Shown here piece by piece: positions 19,772-31,700 of a stretch of DNA of 64,000 nucleotides. Position 1 is the first letter of the stretch, and every line of letters starts with the position of its first letter. The translations under genes and the position numbers were made by a program. The notes under the pieces were generated by a model. It saw nothing but the letters and a program-made list of their open reading frames with translations, searched no databases and had not been told where the DNA came from. The stretch is taken from assembly GCA_026936335.1 (NCBI GenBank), contig JAPMXV010000007.1:124001-188000 (forward strand). Direction: 5' to 3'. The DNA is from Mantamonas sphyraenae STR306. Lineage: Eukaryota; Protista; CRuMs.

Positions 19772-22700
19772 TCACTTCTTCTTGCCACCCACTCCTCGCA
19801 GCTCGCCCACATGTCCCTTGCCACGCAATTCGCCCACGTGCCTCACAGTTCCGGCACGTGCTCGCCGCGCCGTCAGCTGCTCGTGACGCGACGCTCGCTC
19901 TTCCGTCGACTCCATCACGCTGGCTGCCCGTCGTCGCCTTCCCACACTCGACAGACTCAGATCCAGCACAGGCTCCTTCACAGCCATCGTCACACGCTTC
20001 TGCTTGACCTGCTTCTGCTCGTCCTCATCATCGTCCTCCTCGTCCTCGGACGACACTCCCGAGCCGACCTTGCTCATTTCCACCGCATTCTCGTGCTTGT
20101 CATCTTCCTTGGTTCCATCATCTGCGCCCAGAAGTTCCAGTCCGGCGTCGATGCCGCGCACCAGATCATTCGGTCGCTCCGTGTAGTGCTCGCGTGCGTC
20201 TGCGATCTCCTGCGCAAAGTAGCGCAGAGCGATCTCATCAAACATTGTGCGCTCCACTTGGCTCGCATTCAGCTTCAGCGTCACCTCCATGATCATGCCA
20301 TAGTCCACCGCAATCTGGTTCTCGCCATCCTCGTCCAGGTACTCTTCCAGCAGCTCGTTGGCTGCCTCTTCTCGAAGGTCTTCGCTCAGTTCGTCAAACG
20401 TCGATCGGAACTGCGCCACGTCGCGCAGAAACTCCACTCGCTTGTGGAACTGCTCTTCAGGCAGGCTCCTCATGAACGCCATCACTGCCACCGTCAGCCC
20501 GAGCACGTCCAACACAGCTGCGGGCTCCGTCCAATCTGCCATCAGTCCGATGGCCTCCACCTCGGGCTCTGCCTCGTCAAACTCCTCCACAAACGCACGG
20601 AGCTCCTCGTCCCTGTCCACGTACACTTCTGGCTCCCTGCCCAGCGACTCGCGCGCATGTTCAATGTCCTCTGCAAACACTGCCACCAGGATCTCGTCAA
20701 ACGCCGTCACTGGAGCGTGGTGCTCGTCCACCTCCAGCGTTGCCTTTGTGATCAGGCCATAGTCCACGTTTTCCATGTAGTTGTCCCCGTCCTCATCCAG
20801 ATACTCCTCCATGATGCGCAGTGCCTCTTCCACACGCTCCTCCTGCACCGCCTCCTCATCCACCTCCTCCTTGGCTGCCGCCGCTGCCGCTTCCTCCGCG
20901 GCTTTGGCTTCCGCCGCTGCCTCTCCCTCATCGTCGCCCTCAAAGGTACGAACCTCCACCTCGTGCTGCATGGCACCAAATCGCTCCTTGAACTTCATCA
21001 CCGCGCGCAGGAAACCCCATTCGGCGGGCTTCTCTTTGCTCACGCCGCTGTCTTCCAGGAACATTTCCACCACCGTCCACGCACGCACGTTGCGCAGCGC
21101 GTCGGCAGGTGTCGTCCACGAGTCCAACACTTCCTCCCACCACAGACGTCGCACAAGGTTTGCCTGGCGCTTCTTTTCCTCCTCCGCTGCCACTTTGGCC
21201 GCCTCTGCCTCCAGACGCTCCCTCTCGCGCTCCATCACTGTCTTGGTCCAGTTGGCACGCTCTCGGCGCAGCGACACACCCACCACAGCGCTCTGGATGC
21301 CCAGTGTCGTACCGTGCCTCTTCATCTTGCTCGCCATGTAGCCCGGCTGCACCTCCTCGATCTTTTGCATGCGCTTCGCATACTCCATTTCCGCCACCTG
21401 GTCCAGATGCTTTGCAAGCATGCGTCGCATGCGCAGCGTGGCTGTGCGCTTCATCGCGGCTTGCTTCAACATGCGAGTGAGGAACACGGAGAACACAACC
21501 ACGGTGAACATGTTCACCAGAATCAGCGTCCACGACAGCAGCAGGTCGCTCACCTCATCCATTTCCTGTTCGTTGTAGAACAGCATGCCTGACAGCAGCG
21601 TCACCACAGTCGTCATCAGCGACAGCGTTTCCAAATTTGTCGCCTTTGAGAGCTGGAACGGACGTCCATACAGGTGTGCTACCAACGAGCCCATCATCAG
21701 CCACAGACCTCCGTACAACTGCAGCAGCGGCGTGCGCCGCGCAAACACAATGACCATCACCACCAACAGCTTGCGCATCATAATCACAAGCTCCCAGAAG
21801 AAGCGCTTGCGCACGTAGCCGTCATACAGGAAGCGGTACCGCCGCTGGACGGCAAACACGTGCAGGCGGTGTCGGTTCGCCACCAGCACATACGTCGCCG
21901 CCATCACCAGGCCCAGGCAGTAGCCCACAAGCATCAGTGTGGCCCATGTGTCGCGGAACAGCTGGTACTCGGGCGTCTGGCAGTCGATGCGCATGTCCTC
22001 CACGAGGTACACGTCCTTGGGAGAAAACTCGGCGCAGTTGAACGCTTGCAGAGTCACGCGCGACACACTGGGGTGAGCCAGGAAAGACACCACAAGCACA
22101 CTCACAATGTACAGGTCCCTGTACCACCGCTGCAGATTCGTCAGCATCTGATCCTCCACCTGCTCTTCGTGCGTCTTGTTCTCGTCAATGTGCAGGCTGG
22201 GACGTCTCTCAAACTTGCGACGGAATGACACGAGCATGGAATCGGCACGCGAGCGGCCTCGCGAACGCCCGTTCCCGCTGCTGCTTTCGCCGCGCGGGCG
22301 GAATCCTTTCTTCTCGTCCTCCAGCTTCTCAAAGACGGCATCCAGCTTGCGCTGCCGCTCTTGCGACTTGGCCAGGGCCACATCGATGCGACTTTCGTCC
22401 GACATCTTCTTGCGCCAGTCCCAGCCAAGGTGTGGGAAAACGTACAACGTGAGCAGGTAGTGGGCGTACAGCGCAACTGCCGGAGTGACAAACACAAACA
22501 GCGGGAACGTCATGTACGTGAAAAAGCGCTCGTAGTAGCTGACTGGGAACTGGCACTCCACAGGGTACAGCTGAAGCGAGACCAGCGAGATCGAAAAGAT
22601 CTGGTACATGTTTTGCACCGTGGCGCTCCAGTTGACGCGGAACTCGCCCAAGAAGGCCACCACTTGCACGTAGTTCAGCATGATCTTCAGCACAATGCTC

Positions 22701-25700
22701 GCGTCGCTCTTTTCGCCACTTGCGGATCGGATCACCACCACGAAAAAGAGCAGCACAAGCACAATGATCACGCCCACCAGTGCGCCCGTTGCACGCGTGT
22801 CGCCACACTCCAGACAGTTGTTGCCAAAGCTGCCGTAGCCAACTTCGCACACAGAGCACAGCGGACCACGATAGCCCTTGGCGCACGTCGAGTTGTCGCC
22901 GCCACGGCACGCCGCCTCGTTGGGACACGTGAAAAACTCATCCGAGCCATCCACAAAACGGAAGAATCCAGGCACAGGGCGGATAAACTCGTTCTGGTTG
23001 CATGTGGCACCGGCGGGGCAGCGAAGACAGGTTGTGTTGGACTTGTCCAAACGGTAGTAGCCTGTGACGCACTCGCACTGGCTCTCCGACGACGCTCCCT
23101 CCAGCTTGCTGGTGTCCATAAACAGCGGACACTTGTCGCAGCGCTGCTGGCCCACATCCTCCTGATACTCGCCGTTTTCGCACGGCCTACACGGCTCCTG
23201 CTCGTTCAACGGGTCGTCCTGGATCCAGCCCGGCTGGCATACGCACGTAATGCCTCCAATCTTGCTGGGCACCGTGTTGGGACGCACGTCCACGCACGGT
23301 TTCACCTGCATTGCATTCGGCACCGTCAACGGCAGCAAGTCTTTCTCTTGGAACGATGGCGTAAACTTGAATGCGTAGAACTGGCCGTGGGTGCCCTTGA
23401 ATTCCACTCCCGTGAAGTTCGCCTGCCCAAACAGCGTCTGCTTGTTGTTGCCGTCGATGGTGCCTTGCTGTGACGGAATCAGCTCCATGTTCACCAACAC
23501 GTCGCTGCGGTTCACAAAGTTCAGCTGATCGTCCACCACGAACACCACCGGCGCGTTCGCAAGCGGTCCCTTGTTGTCGTGCACCAGAGGAAACACCGTG
23601 CTCGAGCCCAGCGCGTGTGGAGGGCCGTGTGTGATGGTGTACTCGATCCATGTGCCCACCATGTCGAAGCTGCTGATGTTCAGGCGGTACACACCAGCCA
23701 CAGGCGTCAGTGCAAGCTGCGTGAAAGCAAACGCACTGCTCATGGCCGTGATCTGCGACGCTCCGTCACGGAACATGGCTCCGTACGAGCGCGCGCGTGC
23801 ACTTGCACTGCGTTCCACAATCGTCACACTGGCACGCTCCACACCCAGCGTCACCACACGCGGAAAGTCCCATTTGGCCAAATTGCCGCCAATGTCACGC
23901 ATCTCCAGCGCAATGGGCTGAGCCAGCCACACCTTGGCCAACCCGTTCCCCTGGTACGCTTGCGTGCGCTGCTGCGTGCCGTTCACGAGCACAAGGCGCA
24001 TCGGCCGCCCTGCAGTCACCAACACTTTGACCTCCGCCCCGCGCAGCTGCGCCACGCCGCCCACCAGGTGGTTGAACGTCAGCGTGTGCACTCCCACCTT
24101 CGGTTGACTCAGCGCAAGGCCCGAAAACTCGACAAGACCCGTCTGCGCGGGCATCGTGCTCTCCGTGTTGCGCGTCACTCTCGTGGACGCCACAAACATT
24201 TCGGTGCTGTTCTGAGCACCCACACTCTGGCTCACAAACACCTTGATGGAACGAGGGGACGGGTCGCTGATCGACACCAGGTTCTCGCCGCCATCCAGCA
24301 GGCGGAACTGAAACGTGACGTTGATGAGCGCGTCAATGTCACACACAGCGTGCAGCGTGGGTGTGTTGGCGGCCACTCTCAGAGGCAAATCGACCCCGTT
24401 GATCTGGCTCCACACCAGCGAGCGCGCAAACCCTGTGGCGATACGCACCTGGCTCGTGATACCGCGCAGACCGACAGAGTCAAACTGCAGCGTGTATGTC
24501 TGTGCACGCGGGCCCACAAGTTCCAGATACGGCACCGTTACTGTGCCGTTCACCATGGCCACAGCTGCGTTGCTGGTTGTCAGATTGGTACCGGCCACCT
24601 CGAGCACGGAAGCGGTGACTTCACGCTGCACCGTGTCTAGGTCACCCACGCGGTTGTTGCCTGCATCCAGAGCCTCGACAAGGAACGACTGCGTGCGCAC
24701 CAGGGCGTCGGCAAGGTACACAGGCACCGCAGGGCCCTTGACGGTCAGCTGTTCCGCAGGGCCTGTAACCACCGTGATGGTCACTCGCGTTCCTGCCACA
24801 CCCGTCCACGCAGGGTATGTAAACACCAAGTCAAACTTGCCCGCAGCTGGCCGTTCAATGGCACCCCCGGTGTACACGGCACCGCCTTCGATCACCCCGG
24901 CCAGCAACGACCCGACCATGCGCGGCACGGGAACGGACACGGCTGTCGCAACGTTGCGCTCCAAGCTCACTGTCACGTTGACGTCCGTCAACTGATCCGT
25001 CGGCTCGTTGCTTGCGCCGATGGCCTGCAAGGTCACGGATCCCAGTTCCACGCGAATGTCCGACGGGTGAGACTCGACGGGATAGTCGTCCGCCAAACTC
25101 GTGTAAGCTGGGCCTGTGATCACCTTGATGTCCATGGTCACGTTGCTCATGCCTGCGCTGCCAAATTCAATCACGTAGTCGCCCAGCGGCGAGGACGAGA
25201 ACTGCAGCTTGGAGAACGTCACCACGCCTGCGGCCATGGTCTCTGCAGCGCCACTGAGGGACATTGCTGCGGCGCTGCCGTTTACAGGCAACACACGCGC
25301 CTGCACGAGACGCAGCTCCCTGTCCGACGTTCCAACAAAATTGAGGCCAAAGTCCAGTGCACGCAGTTGGGTCTCGTTGATGTACACCAGCTTGTCCGTG
25401 CGGTAGCTGCCTTGGCCGTTGTACACAAACTGCAACGACTGCGGACGCCCAATGGTCACATTCAGGTTCACAGTCGTGTCCAGCAACGACGGCGTCGTGA
25501 AACTCACTGTGTACACACCAATCGGCGCCGCAAAAACAATCACCGAATCAAAGTTCACCGAGCCAAACACCATCGTCTCCTGAAGCGAACCACTGAGCAT
25601 GGACGAGGCTTCCTCGGGCACGACCAACGACACGTTGCGCAAGGCGTGGTCGTTGCCTCCCACCCACGTGCCACCTGCATCCAGGGCACGGAGCGACACA

Positions 25701-28700
25701 CGCGTCAGGATCTGCTGCTTGAGCACAGGCACCTCGTACACAGAGGCAGAAGTTACCACCAGCTGTGTGGGGTCGCCCACACTCACGTTCACTTGAAAGA
25801 TGGTGCCAGCAAGATCGTCGGCAGACACAGCAAACGCATACATGCCCACCTTGGGTCGCACAAGCACCACCGAGGCCGCACTGGAGAAGCCATTCACCAT
25901 GGCGTACTGCAGTTGACCAGTTACTGTCAGATCGCCCGTGCTGTTCAGGCTAGTCAGCTGCACGAAACGAATAATCCCGTCGTTGCTGCCCACCAGGTTT
26001 GTACCTGCATCGCGCAGTTGCACCTGGGCTGTGCCCACAGGCGTTTCCACTTGCGAGCGCACGTGCAGCACAGACTCCACCATTGTCAGCGACGTGCCCG
26101 GTCCAATCGTCACGTTTGCCACAATCGACACGGGGAGGAGCCCCTGGCTGACAAACGTAATGTTGTACTCGCCAACAAGCGGTGCGAGCAGCTGTAGGTC
26201 GTCCAGTGTACACCTCCCTGCAACCAATACACACTCGCTCGTGCCGTTCATGGACGTACTCGTCCCTCCATTCTGAAGCACAGCCTGAACGCGTGTGCCA
26301 GGCGTAGTCAGCGGTGAAAAGCCACCACTGATGTCAAAAGTTTCGATAACGACCGTGTTCAGGTGGACGCTGGCCACGCTTTCATGCGGGATGCCCGTGT
26401 ACGGCTGTGCTGTGCGCAGCTCAAACGGCTGGCCAATCTGCACACGCACCTCCAGCGCATCCGACACAAGCCCCGTGCTGGACACAATCAGCGTGTAGTT
26501 GGTAACGGGTGGACGCACCATGTACAGGTCGTCAAAGGACACCAGCGAAGTCACCATGTTGCGCGTCGTGTTGCCCAGCACCTCCTGTGTGCTGCAATTC
26601 ACCTGCACAGGGCGCGTCTGCGGGTCCAATGTGCCCACGAACGAACGCCCAGCATCCTGCGCCTCCACGTCGATGCGACCGATGGCAAACCGATCCTCAG
26701 TCATACGCGTCACCGTCTTGCTGGCGGGCGTGCGCACCCACAGGTACACAGGTTCGCCAACGCTCACATTCACCTGCAAGTAGACCGGCTCCAGCATGTC
26801 ACTGCTCTCAAACAGCAGCGCATACACTCCGGCTCGCGGTGACAGAAGGGTAAGGTTGGTGAACGCGGCAAACGCCGTCGACATGCTCACTGTGTGCGTG
26901 CCCACAAACTGCCCGCTCAGGCTCGCATTGATGCTCACGCTCGCCGTGCGGTCCGCCACAAAGAACGGTGCCTCGATCAGGTTCAGGTCAGCGTCGCGAG
27001 CCACCACGTCGATACGCGGAAGCGACAGCTCGACCTGCGAGCGTCGATGCACTTGAAGAGGCTCGAATCGATGCAGTTTCACGGCAGGGCCCGTCGTCAC
27101 CACCACTTGCGCCGTGTCGTTCAGCAAATTGTCCGACAGCACTGTCAGGGTGTACGTTCCATTTGAGGGGCGCGTCAGGCGCAACTTGTCAAAGTTCCAC
27201 GTTCCGCTGCTGGCCACCTGCGTCGCTGTGTAGCTGGCGTTCACAAAAGAGCGCACTCCTCCGTCGTCGTTGCTCTTCAGGTGCACCTGTGCGGTCACCG
27301 CGTTGTTGTCGCTCAGAAAGTTGGATCCGATGTCAAAAAGGCTTGCATGCACGGCTCGCAGCTGCGTGTCGATTCGACTCGCGTACACCTCGGTGAGGTT
27401 GCTTGTGATGGCGATGCGGTACGGCGCACCCTTGACTACCGTCACTTGTGCCGTGCTGTTGCTCAGACCGGCGCTCGCAAACACAAGCGTGTACACGCCT
27501 GCCGTGGGCCGTACCATTGTCAAGTTGACAAACACAGTGCGGGCACTCTGCATCGGCAGGGTTGGATAGGCGCTCAGCTTGGCCCCTGCCGTGTTGTTGA
27601 CCTCTGCAAGCGACACGGTGCGCCCAAGGACCTTGCTGACGCGCACCAGCGAGCCTGCGGCGTCCACAGCTTGCACTTCGATGTCGGCAAGCACGGTTTG
27701 GTCGGCCACCGCTCGCTGGGCAAGCACGGGCGTGGCCACACGCAAGTCCAACGCCTCGCCCGTGCTCACATTCACAGTCACAGTGTACGGTGTCAGCCCT
27801 GGCGACGAAATGGTCAAGTTGTACAGGCCAAACAATGGACGCACGAGCAGCAGTGAGTCAAAGGTGGCCGATCCGTTCACCGTGACCGTGCCACTCCCTG
27901 CCACCTGTAGATTGCCCGTCGAAGGCGTCATGGACGCGTTGATGGGCCGGATGGCCGTATCCAGGCTGCCCACAAACTCCGCCCCTGCATCCAGCAGCCG
28001 CGCCGCCACAACGGGCAGGTTCAGGTTGACTGCACTTTCCACATCGATACGCTGTGTGCTGATCACTTGCACCTGGTCTGCTGGGCCCGGCGTCACCAGG
28101 AACGTGAAAGACGTCGCGTTGACCAGCCCGTTTCCGTTTGCGCTGTCTGACATGGTGATCTCCAGCGTATAGTACCCAATGGTTGGACGCACCAGATACA
28201 GATTGTCAAATGTCACGTTTCCCTTTGTCATGGCCTTGCGCAGTGTCCCTTGCACCAGCCGCCCGTGTGTGGCAGTGCTGTTTGCACTCAGGCTCACGTT
28301 GACCCACCGCGTGGCCGTATCTGTGGCTCCCACAAACGCCAGGCTCGCGTCGTATGCGCGCACGTTGATGGCGTTGAGTGTCGTTTGCTCCAGCGATTCG
28401 TACACTGTCGCGGGCGTGTTGCCTACAGCCAATGTGCGAGGGGCGCCGATCAACACACGCACGGTTGTCGTTGCGTTTTCCAGGCCGGGCCCTGTGAACA
28501 CCAGCGAGTGGTCGCCCGGTGCAGGTGCAAGCAAAACAATGCCTGCTGCCGTGCAAGTTTCCACAGAGCATGCAAACGTACTCGGCCCGGCCAGTACAAG
28601 TGATCCGTTGGTGCTGGCGACCGACACACTCTTGCCGCTGCTGGCCAGGATGAGTCCTCCTCCTGCGTCGCGCAGCTTGAGGGTCAATGTGTTCAACGCC

Positions 28701-31700
28701 GTGTACGTGTCACTGTACACCCCCGTGGCCGTGGGCGGGACGTCGACGGTGATTGTAAACGCAGCGCCAGCGGCCACGGAGAACGTGGTGTTCACCGAAA
28801 GCAGGCCCATGCGGTTGAAAGTCACCACGTAATCACCCCTTGCCGGCCTGCTGAGATGCATGGAGGCAAAGCTCACGTTGCCATTGACCATTGTCTCTGT
28901 GCTGCCGCCCAGGTTGACCGACGAGCTGGCACTCACGGTTTGCGAGCCGTCGGTGTCGCCAACCAGGTTCTCGCCAGCGTCCACTGCGTACAGGTCCACG
29001 CGAGGCAAAGAGGTGACCAGTTCAGAGACCAGCTGCTTCGGGTGCACGTTTTGGATGCGCAGTGCGTAGGCCGGGCCGATCACGACGACCACCGTGTGAT
29101 TCACTCCCACCAGGCCGTTGTCTGTGAAGAACGTAAAGGTGTAGTTGCCCACGCGCGGGCGCAACAGCTGGTGCGAATTCATCGTCGCCACGCCGTTGAC
29201 AAATGGCACCGGATACGTACCGAGCACGAAGCCCGCGCGAAGGTCGCTTCCTTGCACTTGGCCGTCCACGTTGCGCCGCAGCGTAAACTGCAGATTCTGC
29301 GTCTGTGTGTCGTTGCTCTGCAGCGTTTCCAGGTGGTGGTTCAGCGTGTGCATCACCACTGTGGGCAACGCGGTCTGTACCACACTGGGCAGACTGGCTG
29401 TGTTGATCACGTTGCCCAAAGAAAGGTGCTCGGGTGTGTGCGTGAACACGCCGTGGGCCTCCAGTTCGTACAGCCAGCCGCCATCTGTGCTCGTGCCCAC
29501 GACGCCCATGTTGGCTTCCGAGTTGTTGAAGCGCACACGGAAGCGTTGGCCCCGCAGGTCCGGAACCACGTAGTCCACACACAGCGACACCTTGTCGATG
29601 TCCGACGGGATCACGTAGCAAGGCCGTTGCGAGATGGCCTGTGGGCCGTCCGTTTTGGTTCGACGCTTGATGATGTTGGTCCATGTCTGCGACAGCTCGT
29701 TGAACATGTCGATTTCGTAGTAGTTGGGTTGGTTCTGGCATGGGCGGTACCAAACCACCATAAACTCGTTCACAAACGCCTCTTTGCCCAAGCGAAGCTC
29801 CACAGATGCCAGCTCGCTGTTGCTGAGCTGCAGAAAGTTGGTGCCACACACATACGCTTGGTTTGTCCTGTTCTCCGAGCAGCACCGGTCGCCGTCCACC
29901 AGTCCTGTGGGCAGCTGTGCTTCGCCCGTCAGAGCGGTGGTCGTAATCTGGGCGCCCAGTGTGGCCAGCGCCAGGTTGTTGTGGTACTCGGCGCCTGCCT
30001 TGAGCCTGTCTTGCACCGCCACTTGCACCTCGTCCGTGACACGGCACATGGGTGAGAAAGGCTGCAAGTAGCGCCAGTTGAGCGCCTCGTTGGTGTACAC
30101 CTGCTGACGGTTGTTGGACACGTACAGTTTGAACTCGCCCACCTCGTGTTCCGGCGAGTCGCAGATGATCTTGGTGTCGCTGATGTGCTTCACGGGCACC
30201 GTGGTGAACACGGGTCCGAAGCGGCAGCTCAGGTACTCCGTGTGCAGAAAGCCTGTGCCGATCACAGTCACCGGTGTGCGTCCGTACAACGGTCCCACCA
30301 CGGGATCGAAAGACGTCAGTGTCTCTTGCGGATAGTACCAGTACGCGGCCGATGCGGTGCTCCACTCCAGGCCGTTGTTGCTCACTTCCAACGTCGTGTT
30401 CTGGGCCGTGTTCGACGCAGAGATGCACACCACGCGCTCGCGTGTCTGAAACTCCATGCTCGTGCACGCCTTGCCTGCAATGCGTCCCGCAAGGAACGGC
30501 GAGTCCACAAAATCCGACCCATGGATGGTCACACGCGTGGCACCTGCCACCACTCCCATGTTGGGCACAATGTGACTCAGCTTGGCCTCCAATACCTCGA
30601 CCGTAGACGGCGACTGGTACACAAGCTGCGCGTCAACAAAAACACTCAGCGTATGGTTGCCCAACGCCGTGGGCGTGTACCCAATGGTGTAGACGTTGGT
30701 AGTGCGGCTCTGGAGCGAGCTGGCAATCGAAGGGTTTGTCACCGTGTGACTGATGCGCGCCGAGTCGTCCGTAAGTGTGCGCCCGTTGTAAAACGCGTCC
30801 CGCACGGTCAGTGTGAACGTAGCTGGCTTGCCGCGAGCCCAGCTGTATGTAGCCACGCCTTGCAAAACGCAGTTCTGCGGCCACGGCTGGTTGGGCACCA
30901 GAGTGGTGGTCTTGGGCGAGTCCAACGAGTCCAGGTTTTGCGTGCGCACGTACACATGATAGTTTCCAGACACTGTGGCGTTGAAGCGGGCCACATACAA
31001 CCCCTTGGCTGCGTCGTGCACACTGACGCTGGCGTTGCGTCCGTGCAACGTGCCATGAACCGTGTGCACGACCTGCACACGCACGTCGTCCGTCGTCACG
31101 GTGCGGTTGTTCAGAAACTGATCGCGAGCCTGTACATACACGACACCCTGGTCGCTACCGGCTACAACTTCCACCAGCCCCTGTCCGAAGCTCGTACTGT
31201 GGACGCCGCTGGTCACTGTGGGATTGACAAGCACGTCAAATGGCGAGCCCGACACGTGTGCTCCGTTCAGCTTCACAGTCAGCGCATACACGCCAGACAC
31301 CGTCGGCGTCACATACACCGAGTACGAACCCGTACCCAATGGCCTGTTGGCCGCCGTGGTGGTGGGCTTCGACACGCCCGCAAACACCTTGTGCTTGAAC
31401 TCTGTAAACACAGTGTCGTCCTCCGTCCACCGCACGTTCTGGAACTGATCACGCGCCTGCACGTGGAAGGTCGATTGCTTGCCGGCTTCGCCAGCCACCA
31501 GCGTGCTGGGGTGCACGAAGCTTGTGGCCGGGTTGGTTGCTGCCGGCTGCACCACAACATTTGTTGGTGTGCCCAGAGGCTTCACCCCACTCGGTGAGTG
31601 CGCCACCGTCAGCGTGTACGTGCCACTCACTGTGGCCGTGTACTGAGAGTTGTATCGTCCCTGCGTCGATCCAGACGTGCTTCCCGTCACCGAGACACCA

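Noticed and set aside
19508-21592. 694-aa plus-strand ORF, and similar ones such as 1121-2221, 36723-38417 and 44236-45996
   Set aside because: Antisense shadows of clear minus-strand genes, caused by codon bias and high GC.
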